From the NCBI GenBank assembly GCA_963666565.1, contig OY762911.1:800001-864000 (forward strand): a stretch of 64,000 bases of DNA, written 5' to 3'. The translations under genes and the position numbers were made by a program. Of this stretch, positions 1 through 7,431 are shown piece by piece; position 1 is the first letter of the stretch; each line of letters opens with the position of its first letter. The DNA is from Thermoanaerobaculia bacterium (GTDB taxonomy: Bacteria; Acidobacteriota; Thermoanaerobaculia; Multivoradales; Multivoraceae). The notes below the pieces were generated by a model. It was not told where the DNA came from. It did no database searches and saw nothing but the letters and a program-made list of their open reading frames with translations.

Positions 1-19
1 ATCGTGGGCGGCGCCGACG

Positions 20-913
20 GTGGCCGCCGGGTGCGTGCACGTCGCGTTGCTGGGCGTCGCGCTTGCCCTGTCCGCTTGCGCCGGAACGGCGCCGCCGACC
101 GGCCCCGCCGAGTGGATCTGGGCCGACGGCGTCGACGCGGCGCCGGGAGAGCCGGCGGCCTACGTGCTGCTGCGCGACTTCGACCTGGAGGCGGCGCCCC
201 AGGAGGCGGCGCGGCTGTTCGTCGCCGTCGACCGCGAGTACGCGGTGCATCTGAACGGCCGCCAGATCGCGCGCGGCGCCTACCGGCGCGGCGAACCTCT
301 CGACGAGTACCAGGTCGCCCACCTGCTGCGCGCGGGCTCGAACCGGCTGACGATCGAGGCGCGGACGCCCCACGGCGACGGCGGCGCGCTCGCGGGCATC
401 GAGCTCCACGACGGCTCGATGCCGGTGGCGACGGACGGCGAGTGGCGGTTCATGGCCGGCTGGGATCCCCGGCTGGTCAAGGGAGAGACTCCGCTGGCGG
501 AGGCCGGGCCGGCGCTGCGGCCGGTCCGTGTCTGGGGACGGCCGCCGGTGGGCCGCTGGGGCAAGGTGAGCCGCGGCGCAATGCGGAAGCCGGATCAGAT
601 CTGGCGCGCTGTCCGAGCCCGGCGCATCGTGCGCGTGACGACGTCGCCGGGACTCGACATCGAGCCCGGGATGCGGTCCTCGCACCGCGTGGACTTCGGC
701 CGGGAGGTGGCGGGCGTGCTGGAACTGGAGCTGAGGCCGGCGGAGGCGGAGGCCCGCCGGGAACTGCGCATCTGCCTGGCCGGCGACTGCGAGCGGCGGC
801 CGCTGGTGCTGACGCCCGGCCGGCCGGCGTGGCGCGATTCCGGTCCGCGCAGCTTCGACACGGTGATCGTGAGCGGCGTTCCCGGGCTGCGAGCGGTCCG
901 GGCGCGACGTTAG
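20..913 (+). CDS. Putative lipoprotein with alpha-L-rhamnosidase N-terminal-like beta-sandwich; start uncertain
   Basis: Lipobox-like LALSAC after a hydrophobic stretch; AEWIW, LRDFDL and LNGRQI...LRAGSNRL motifs resemble rhamnosidase N-domains. Confidence 0.55.
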   Translation: MAAGCVHVALLGVALALSACAGTAPPTGPAEWIWADGVDAAPGEPAAYVLLRDFDLEAAPQEAARLFVAVDREYAVHLNGRQIARGAYRRGEPLDEYQVAHLLRAGSNRLTIEARTPHGDGGALAGIELHDGSMPVATDGEWRFMAGWDPRLVKGETPLAEAGPALRPVRVWGRPPVGRWGKVSRGAMRKPDQIWRAVRARRIVRVTTSPGLDIEPGMRSSHRVDFGREVAGVLELELRPAEAEARRELRICLAGDCERRPLVLTPGRPAWRDSGPRSFDTVIVSGVPGLRAVRARR

Positions 914-922
914 CGGCCACCG

Positions 923-980
923 CTGGGTGCGCGGGTCTTCTGACCCGCTGCTGCCGAAGGCGGAAGACCCGCGCACCCGG
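923..980. repeat. REP-like palindrome, inverted pair between convergent genes
   Basis: CTGGGTGCGCGGGTCTTCTGACCCGC...GGAAGACCCGCGCACCCGG; same family recurs across the window. Confidence 0.9.
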
Positions 981-983
981 CGG

Positions 984-1721
984 TTACGGTTCTTCCCATT
1001 GGATGCCCGCGGGCGGCTGGAAGCGGCCGGGGGGCGCGCCGGAGCGGTAGTCGCCGAGCAGGAACCGGTTCTCGTTGCGCTGGGCGTCGTAGTAGGTCAG
1101 TTCGCGCAAGCGTTGGTCCCCGGCGTCGATCACCACCTGTACTTCGACGACGTCCTCGCTCGGTTCGAGCGGCCGCAGGACGAGGCGCAGGCGGTTCCCC
1201 TCGGCGGCGCCGAGTTCCGCCTCGTAGCGGTCGCGGAGGTCGCCGGTCGCCAGCAGGAAGAAGTCGAGTCCCGGCGCGGGCTGTTCCGAGAGGTCGTAGC
1301 GCTGGCCGACCGGCTCGCCGGGATTCCAGTGGTGGACGGTTCGCCCGCAGAGCAGGAACGCCTTCTCGAAGGGCGGGGAGTAGTCCCAGCGCAGGCAGCC
1401 AGGCAGGTCGATGGCGAGGCTGCCGCGCTCGGTCTCCCCGTCCTCGGGCGCGAAGCCGAAGGGGACGAAGGTCTGCACGAAGCCCGCCGACAGCGGACCC
1501 GAGCCTTCGAGCGCCCGGCGGAAGTCGTCCAGTACGCGCCACGGATCGTCCGCGGCCGGCGCCGATGCGGCGGCGGGCCCCAACGCGGCGCCGAGCGCGG
1601 CAGCCGGCGCGGCGACGGGCCCGACTGCGGAGGCGGCCGCGGCGGCCGGCGCGGCCAGTAGGCAGAGCGCCAGCCCGCGGGCGAGCGCGGCCGCCGGCGC
1701 CGCCCTCCGGTCCGGCTGCAT
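984..1721 (-). CDS. lolA: Outer-membrane lipoprotein carrier LolA-family protein
   Basis: Signal peptide, then FVQT...GSLAIDLPGCLRWDYSPP, the LolA RWDY..P motif; start overlaps the purH stop. Confidence 0.75.
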   Translation of the reverse strand: MQPDRRAAPAAALARGLALCLLAAPAAAAASAVGPVAAPAAALGAALGPAAASAPAADDPWRVLDDFRRALEGSGPLSAGFVQTFVPFGFAPEDGETERGSLAIDLPGCLRWDYSPPFEKAFLLCGRTVHHWNPGEPVGQRYDLSEQPAPGLDFFLLATGDLRDRYEAELGAAEGNRLRLVLRPLEPSEDVVEVQVVIDAGDQRLRELTYYDAQRNENRFLLGDYRSGAPPGRFQPPAGIQWEEP

Positions 1722-3295
1722 CAGTGCTTGAAGTGGCGCCGGCCGGTGAGCGCCATCGCGATGCCGTGCTCGTCGGCGGCGGCGACGATCTCGTCGTCGC
1801 GCACCGAGCCGCCCGGCTGGACGATGGCGGCGACGCCGGCGGCGGCCAGGGTGTCGACGCCGTCGCGGAAGGGGAAGAAGGCGTCGGAGGCCGCCACGGT
1901 CCCGGCGAGGTCCAGTTGCGCCTTGTCGAGCGCGATTCGGCAAGAGTCGACGCGGCTCATCTGGCCGGCGCCGATGCCCACCGTCTGGTGCTCGTTCGCG
2001 ACCACGATCGCGTTCGACTTCGTCGCCCGGCAGACCTTCCACGCGAAGTCGAGGGTGCGGAGCTGGCCCGCGTCCGGCCGCGCCCGGGTCGGACAGGTCC
2101 ACTCGGCCGGATCCTCCGGCGCGGCGTCGATCTGCTGGCCCAGGAAGCCGCCCTCGATCGCGCGCAGCTCCCACTGGCCGGCGGCGGGCGTGAAGGGCGG
2201 ACACTCGAGCAGGCGCAGGTTCTTCTTGCGGGCGAGCCGCTCCAGCGCGGCCGGCTCGTAGGACGGCGCCGTCACCACCTCCACGAAGAGCTTGGCCATC
2301 GCTTCGGCGAGAGCGGCGTCGAAGGGCCGGTTGACCGCGACGATCGAACCGAACGCGGACACCGGATCGCAGGCCAGCGCGCGCTCGTAGGCCTCGACCA
2401 GCGAGCCGCCGCGCCCGACGCCGCAGGGGTTGTTGTGCTTGACGATGACCACGGCCGGGTCTTCCTTCGGGCCGTCGAACAGGGCGGACAGCTTGCGCGC
2501 CGCGTCGGCGTCCAGGAGGTTGTTCCAGGAGAGCTCCTTGCCCTGGAGCTGGCGGAAGCCGCCGAGCACGCCGCCGGCACCCGCCTGCCGGTAGACGGCG
2601 GCCGCCTGGTGCGGGTTCTCGCCGTAACGCGGGCGCAGCACCTGCTCCAGCTCCAGGCGCACCGTGGCGGGCAGCGCGCCACTGGGTGCGCGGGTCTTCC
2701 GACCCGCATCCGCGCCGTCTGCGAGCCACTCCGTGATCGCGGCGTCGTAGCTGCGCGTGTGCCGGAACGCCTTCAGCGCCAGCCCGCGGCGGACTTCCTC
2801 GGACAGGCCGCCGTTCTCCAGCGCGGCCAGGACGACCGGGTAGTCGGACGGATCGACCACGACGGCGACGTTGGCGAAGTTCTTCGCCGCCGCCCGGACC
2901 ATGCTGGGACCGCCGATGTCGATCATCTCGACCGTGCCGTCCACCGACGCGTCCGGCGCCGCGGCGGCGTCCGCGAACGGATACAGGTTGACCGCCACCA
3001 GGTCGATGGGCGGAATCGCGTGCTCCTCCAGCTCCTCGCGGTGCTCCGTGCGCCGGCGGTCGGCCAGGATGCCGCCGAAGATCCGCGGATGCAGGCTCTT
3101 GACCCGCCCGTGGAGAATCTCCGGGTGCCCGGTGATCTCGGACACGGCCGTCACCGGCACGCCGTGCTCCGCGAGCCTCCGCGCCGTGCCGCCGGTGGAG
3201 ACGATCTGGACGCCCAGCTTCGCCAGACCCGCGCCCAGATCCTCCAGGCCCGTCTTGTCGAAGACCGAGACGAGTGCGCGGCGGACGGGGAGCAT
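1721..3295 (-). CDS. purH: Bifunctional AICAR transformylase/IMP cyclohydrolase
   Basis: RRALVSVFDKTG, STGGT, GRVKSLHP, IDIGGPSMVRAAAKN, RYGENPHQ, KHNNPCG, SDAFFPF, RHFKH. Confidence 0.97.
   Translation of the reverse strand: MLPVRRALVSVFDKTGLEDLGAGLAKLGVQIVSTGGTARRLAEHGVPVTAVSEITGHPEILHGRVKSLHPRIFGGILADRRRTEHREELEEHAIPPIDLVAVNLYPFADAAAAPDASVDGTVEMIDIGGPSMVRAAAKNFANVAVVVDPSDYPVVLAALENGGLSEEVRRGLALKAFRHTRSYDAAITEWLADGADAGRKTRAPSGALPATVRLELEQVLRPRYGENPHQAAAVYRQAGAGGVLGGFRQLQGKELSWNNLLDADAARKLSALFDGPKEDPAVVIVKHNNPCGVGRGGSLVEAYERALACDPVSAFGSIVAVNRPFDAALAEAMAKLFVEVVTAPSYEPAALERLARKKNLRLLECPPFTPAAGQWELRAIEGGFLGQQIDAAPEDPAEWTCPTRARPDAGQLRTLDFAWKVCRATKSNAIVVANEHQTVGIGAGQMSRVDSCRIALDKAQLDLAGTVAASDAFFPFRDGVDTLAAAGVAAIVQPGGSVRDDEIVAAADEHGIAMALTGRRHFKH
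2682..2707. repeat. REP-like palindrome inside the purH coding sequence
   Basis: CTGGGTGCGCGGGTCTTCCGACCCGC, read in frame as AGRKTRAPS. Confidence 0.9.
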
Positions 3296-3333
3296 CGGAG
3301 GCGGCGCAGCGTAGCACGCGGGCGCCTCTTCCG

Positions 3334-3363
3334 TTGACGGGATCCATCGGTCCCTGCTAGAAC
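3334..3363 (+). promoter_or_regulatory. Putative sigma70 promoter of tRNA-Phe
   Basis: TTGACG-N18-TAGAAC with an extended TG, about 28 nt upstream of the tRNA. Confidence 0.5.
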
Positions 3364-3390
3364 TCCCTTCCCTCAGCCGCGTGCCGGAAC

Positions 3391-3466
3391 GCCCAGGTAG
3401 CTCAGTTGGTAGAGCACCTGACTGAAAATCAGGGTGTCGGTGGTTCGAATCCGCCCCTGGGCACCA
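3391..3466 (+). tRNA. tRNA-Phe (GAA)
   Basis: GCCCAGG/CCTGGGC acceptor stem, anticodon arm CCTGA-CTGAAAA-TCAGG, GGTTCGAATCC T-arm, encoded CCA. Confidence 0.98.
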
Positions 3467-3544
3467 TCCGCGCAGGTTCCTTGCCGCCTGCGGCGGCAGC
3501 GGGTCAGAAGACCCGCGCATGTATGGTCCGCCCCGCTTGTGCAA

Positions 3545-3816
3545 GGGCACTTTCCGGAGTTCCGGCGAGAGAGGTGTCGTTGCTTGCATGTATTCGGCCT
3601 GTTGTTGGGCGTCTCGTGGTTTCGAGCTCCCTGGCCCCGATGGAATACGCGCGCGTCGTCTCTTCTGTACACCCAGACGGCCTGTTGAATGGCCCTGCGC
3701 GGGTTCAGGCTCTCGACGCGCCGGTCCGACCTGTTTCGCCATCGCTCCGTTGTGTCCTCGCAACGACTTGGTGGGGCAATCCTCCTTGGTTGATTCGATG
3801 TGGATCGAGCCGCCTG
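3545..3816 (-). ncRNA. Predicted bridge/seek RNA of the IS1111-type element (ends approximate)
   Basis: On the minus strand: ACCCGCGCA (3704-3696) and CTGGGTG (3676-3670) flank a GGCC/GGCC stem and match the target halves; ATTCCAT (3646-3640) and ATACAT (3593-3588) flank a second GGCC/GGCC stem and match the donor junction. Confidence 0.8.
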
Positions 3817-4875
3817 CTACGCGGCCCGAGAGACCTTCTGCCGAGACCCGGCGAGGCGGTCGTCGCGGTACAGCTCGCCGCGGCGAAGCACCGCCCAGGC
3901 GATGCGGCCCAGCTTGTTGGCCAGTGCCACCGTGGCGACGTTCGGCCCCCGGCGCCGCTTGACGTCGAGCGCCCAGCCCTTCAGCCGCGTTCGCTCGCCC
4001 TTCGCCGCCGTGCGCAGGACCGCCCGCGCACCGTGGATCAGGAGCGAGCGCAGGTAACGGTCGCCGCGCTTGCTGATCCCGCGCAGCACCGTGCGACCCC
4101 CGGTCGAGTCCTGACGCGGCACCAAGCCCATCCAGGCCGACATCTGACGACCGCTGCTGAAAGCCCAGCCGTTGCCCACCGCCGCCACGATCGCCGTCGC
4201 CACGATCGGACCGATGCCCGGAATCGACATCAGACGCTGGCAGTGAGGGTTCTCCTTCGACTCCCGCACCAGCATCGCGGTCAGGTCCTCGACCTCCTTG
4301 TGGACCTGCATCAGAGCCTCGTACTGCATCCACAGCAGCGCGCGAAACTGACCCGGCAGCTCGCGCTCCGCGTCGCTCGCGATGTCGGGCACCGCCCGCA
4401 TGACCACCGCCCGGCCCTGACGCAGCACGATCCCGTACTCGCCCAGGAATCCCCGCAACTGGTTCACCAACTGCGTGCGACGGCGAAGCGCCGCCTCCCG
4501 GCTCCGATGAACCTGCTGAAGAGCACGCTGCTCCTTCGTCTTGTACGGCACGAAACGCATCGTCGGACGGGACACCGCCTCGCAGATCGCCTCCGCGTCG
4601 TGGTAGTCGCTCTTGTTCGACTTCACGTAAGGCCGCACGAACTGAGGACTCATCATCCGCGCGTCGTGACCCAGAGCGCTCAGCTTCTCCACCCAGTAGT
4701 GCGCGCCGCAGCTCGCCTCCATGCCCACCAGGCACGGCTCGAGCTGCACCATCAACTCCATCAGCCCCGACGCCTTCACCTGACGCTGAAACACCACCGC
4801 GCCCGACGAGTCCATCGCGCACACCTGGAACAGGCGCTTGCCCAGATCGATACCGACTCGAGTAACCTTCTTCAT
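3817..4875 (-). CDS. IS110-family transposase/recombinase
   Basis: RuvC-like DEDD residues GIDLGK, MEASCG, KSDYHDAEAI; C-terminal SIPGIG, GLVPRQDSTGG (catalytic Ser), ISKRGDRYLR, VALANK; GGAGG RBS. Confidence 0.97.
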   Translation of the reverse strand: MKKVTRVGIDLGKRLFQVCAMDSSGAVVFQRQVKASGLMELMVQLEPCLVGMEASCGAHYWVEKLSALGHDARMMSPQFVRPYVKSNKSDYHDAEAICEAVSRPTMRFVPYKTKEQRALQQVHRSREAALRRRTQLVNQLRGFLGEYGIVLRQGRAVVMRAVPDIASDAERELPGQFRALLWMQYEALMQVHKEVEDLTAMLVRESKENPHCQRLMSIPGIGPIVATAIVAAVGNGWAFSSGRQMSAWMGLVPRQDSTGGRTVLRGISKRGDRYLRSLLIHGARAVLRTAAKGERTRLKGWALDVKRRRGPNVATVALANKLGRIAWAVLRRGELYRDDRLAGSRQKVSRAA

Positions 4876-4959
4876 GGTCCGTCTCCTCCCTTGTTGGTTG
4901 GGAAAAACCCATTCTGGCCCTACAAGAGGCCGTAGAGGGCGGGGCGGACCATCCCATTA

Positions 4960-5124
4960 CCCAGTGCGGCGGCAGCGGGTCAGAAGACCCGCGCACCCAG
5001 TGCGACGGCAGCGGGTCAGAAGACCCGCGCACCCAGTGCGACGGATGCGGGCCAGAGGACCCCGCGCACCCAGGAGCGGGTCAGATGCGCACCCAGGAGC
5101 GGGTCGGGAGACCCGCGTACCCAG
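4960..5124. repeat. Tandem cluster of REP-like units, degenerating rightwards
   Basis: Two near-identical 36-nt units (GCAGCGGGTCAGAAGACCCGCGCACCCAGTGCGACG-like) followed by three degenerate units. Confidence 0.9.
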
Positions 5125-5275
5125 CCCGCTGCCCGGGGGCCGCCGGGAATCCGCAACATTTCCGCAGCAGCTTCCGAACTCCCCGGAACCGTGCCGAACG
5201 GCGGCAAGTAACGGCAAGCACGACAGTTAGCGCCGATCGGGCCCGACCGCTCCGCAACCGGCGGGATCTCTCGTC

Positions 5276-5305
5276 TTGACACGGCCTTCACGCGGCCTGT
5301 ACGTT
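5276..5305 (+). promoter_or_regulatory. Putative sigma70 promoter for the large ncRNA candidate
   Basis: TTGACA-N18-TACGTT; the expected +1 near 5312-5313 coincides with the 5' strand of the terminal helix. Confidence 0.7.
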
Positions 5306-5312
5306 GTCTCGC

Positions 5313-6086
5313 GGATAGGGACTGTGACCAAGAATCGCATCCTGATCCACCGGTCCTGAGACGCGACCTTCGGACCGGAGCCCGAGAGGGGCGAAGTCAC
5401 GTTCGCGTGGTGGGCGCCCATCGACGGCGAAGGAAGGAAGGTCATGACTCGGAAGCCGGGCTCGGCGGCAGGAGCCGCCGGAAGCCGGAGACGCTGAGGC
5501 GCAAGCCGAAGAGAAACCGGATTCCAGCACGCTCCAGCCATCGAGTGGCTCCCGTGGCCGACAGCCTTCCCGGGAGCGGCGCCGAAGGGCGAAAGCCTGA
5601 CGGAGGCGCGACGGGGGAGGCGGCTTCAGGGAAACGGACGGCTGGAAGTTGCCCGGCAGCAAACGGAAGGCCGACTGCAGAACTGGAGCGCTTCGTCGGC
5701 GGACCCTACGGGGGCTTCGTCGTGAGACCCGACCAGTCGAGCGACGGAGTGCCCCGCAGGCGTCAGGCTGGCAGAAGCCAGGCTTCGGCGAGTCCCCGCG
5801 GCGGCGAGCCGCAGGGCGGCAGGCTCGGAGGCGCAAGCCGACGAGAAAGTCGTCCGACGGCAAAGGCGCGGCGGGCCGTTTTCGGCCGTCCCAGCCGAAA
5901 GGGCCGACCGTCTGAACGCAAGTTCGGCCGGAGAGCCCGGAAGGGGAAGGACGGGCGGAAGGGGATTCCGGCGGTGGTGCTCGCGCCCATGACCCAAGCC
6001 CGCCAAGCTGTAGAGGTCCAATCTGGTGCGAACGGGATGAGAGGCTGAGGTCGATTCGGGCGAAACTCCCGGAGCGGTCCCTATCC
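5313..6086 (+). ncRNA. Candidate large (~775 nt) highly structured non-coding RNA, family unassigned
   Basis: 5'/3' helix GGATAGGGACTG/CGGTCCCTATCC; nested helices 5401-5407/6027-6033 and 5410-5417/5983-5990; many GNRA/UNCG-capped hairpins; no ORF with a recognisable product. Confidence 0.75.
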
Positions 6087-6095
6087 TCTTTTTTT
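6075..6095 (+). terminator. U-tract directly after the terminal helix of the ncRNA candidate
   Basis: CCCTATCC-TCTTTTTTT; a T-run this long is exceptional in this GC-rich window. Confidence 0.6.
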
Positions 6096-6443
6096 GCCTG
6101 CACGGAACCTAGCACGACGCGACCGTAAGTGCAACCCCATCAGCAACTTGCAGGGGTCCCGCCCAGTACCTCGGCGACTGGCGGCCAGCGACGATCCGCC
6201 GCCGGCCGGCCAGCCGGGCTCGCCGCCGCTCCGACCCGGCGGCCTCCGTCCGCGGGTCCGCCGGCATCGCTGGAACGGAACGCTGTCACGAAACGGTCAG
6301 GCTATCGTCACGCACCGTGCAGAACTCTCCGTGCCAGTCTTCCCCTCCGCTCTCGAAGTCCCGGCGTCCGGCACCCAGGCGACGGCGACCGGACTTCCGG
6401 CACACGGAAAACCGGCCCCACGTAGCAGTCGAGATGCCAGCCA

Positions 6444-7427
6444 ATGCAGCGCGATAACGACGCGCCGTCGGACGCGGCGCCCCCGTCCGAAAGGGATCGC
6501 GACGCCAACGGCGAACCGCTGGGCCGCCTGCGTTTCGGCGAGTTCGAGTTCGACCCCGAGACTCTCGAACTGCGCGGCGACGCGAAGACCGTTCGGCTCC
6601 AGCCCCAGCCGGCCAGATTGCTTCTCCTTCTGATCGCCAACAAGGGGACGGTCGTCTCGCGCGACACCGTTCGCCGCCACCTCTGGCAGGACGAGATCCA
6701 CGTCGAGTTCGACCAGAGCATGAACTCCTGCGTCAAGCGCATTCGCGTCGCGCTCGGAGACAGCGCGGAAGCGCCGCTCTACATCGAGACCCTGCCGAGA
6801 CTCGGCTACCGGTTCCTCCAGCCCGTGACCGAGGTTCGTGACGACAGCCCGTTGCCCTCGGTCGAGCCGGCGCTACCCCGGTACTGGCCGCGCTCGCGAC
6901 GGGCGCCGTCCCTGCCCCTCGCCGCGGTGAGCGTGGCCATCGGGATCGTGTTGACGGTCCTGGTCTGGAACCTGCTCAACACGCGGTCCGGCGGCGCCGA
7001 CCAGCCGCCGCGCCAGGTGCTGGCGGTCCTGCCCTTCGCCGCCCTCGAGCACTGGCCCGGGGCGGAGTCCTTCCGTCAGGCGCTGGCCCAGGAGCTCATC
7101 ACCTCGCTCGCCCGGGAAGGCTCGCGAAGCGTCGCGGTCGTGGCCAGGGACGCAGCTCCCGAGCCGGAGACCAGCCCGCCGCCGCACCGCGTTCACGCCG
7201 ACTTCGTCCTCGACGGCCGCGTCCAGCACGAACAGGGTCGGCTCCGCGTCTGGGCGCACCTCCTGCTCGCGAAGGACGGAACGGTGCTGTGGACCGAGGC
7301 CTTCGACGGCGTGGAGGCCGAGATCCTCCTGTTCCAGGCCGAAGTGAGCGCCCGGATCGGCAACGCGGTCCTCGGCCGGCTGGAGCAACTCGCCGGTCAG
7401 GAGATCTCCCTGCAGCGCAGGGGCTGA
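6444..7427 (+). CDS. CadC/ToxR-like membrane-anchored regulator (OmpR-type wHTH, TM helix, TolB-N-like domain)
   Basis: LRFGEFEFD...LQPQPARLL...IETLPRLGYRF wHTH; hydrophobic TM segment; LAVLPF motif. Confidence 0.85.
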   Translation: MQRDNDAPSDAAPPSERDRDANGEPLGRLRFGEFEFDPETLELRGDAKTVRLQPQPARLLLLLIANKGTVVSRDTVRRHLWQDEIHVEFDQSMNSCVKRIRVALGDSAEAPLYIETLPRLGYRFLQPVTEVRDDSPLPSVEPALPRYWPRSRRAPSLPLAAVSVAIGIVLTVLVWNLLNTRSGGADQPPRQVLAVLPFAALEHWPGAESFRQALAQELITSLAREGSRSVAVVARDAAPEPETSPPPHRVHADFVLDGRVQHEQGRLRVWAHLLLAKDGTVLWTEAFDGVEAEILLFQAEVSARIGNAVLGRLEQLAGQEISLQRRG

Positions 7428-7431
7428 CGGC

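Larger units (their letters stand above)
3520..4959 (-). mobile_element. IS110-family (IS1111-type) insertion sequence, 1440 bp, inserted in a REP-like repeat
   Basis: Sub-terminal 14-bp IRs ATGGTCCGCCCCGC (3523-3536) / GCGGGGCGGACCAT (4939-4952). An internal IR-like copy overlaps the tnp start (4874-4885). Removing the element restores ...GACCCGCGCA|CCCAG with no target duplication. Long non-coding end lies 3' of tnp. Confidence 0.95.

Noticed and set aside
1721-5032. 1103-aa ORF fusing IS sequence to purH
   Set aside because: The open frame runs through the tRNA and the IS in an alternative frame; purH starts at 3295.
4960-5124. Possible CRISPR-like or guide array next to the IS110 transposase
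   Set aside because: Inter-repeat segments are short and near-identical, and the cluster lies outside the IS ends; it is the target REP cluster.
5313-6086. RNase P RNA, tmRNA, rRNA fragment or group I/II intron
   Set aside because: I find no GAGGAAAGTCC P4 motif, no tRNA-like ends, no recognisable rRNA segments, no GTGCG start or domain V, and no interrupted host gene. Only cmscan can exclude divergent members.
5227-6115. ORFs 5288..6115(-), 5407..6048(+) and smaller overlapping ORFs
   Set aside because: Arg/Pro/Ser-rich translations with no motifs or convincing RBS; expected by chance in high-GC DNA.
3391-6440. tRNA-Phe-anchored integrative island
   Set aside because: No duplicated tRNA 3' end (att) and no integrase seen in the window.
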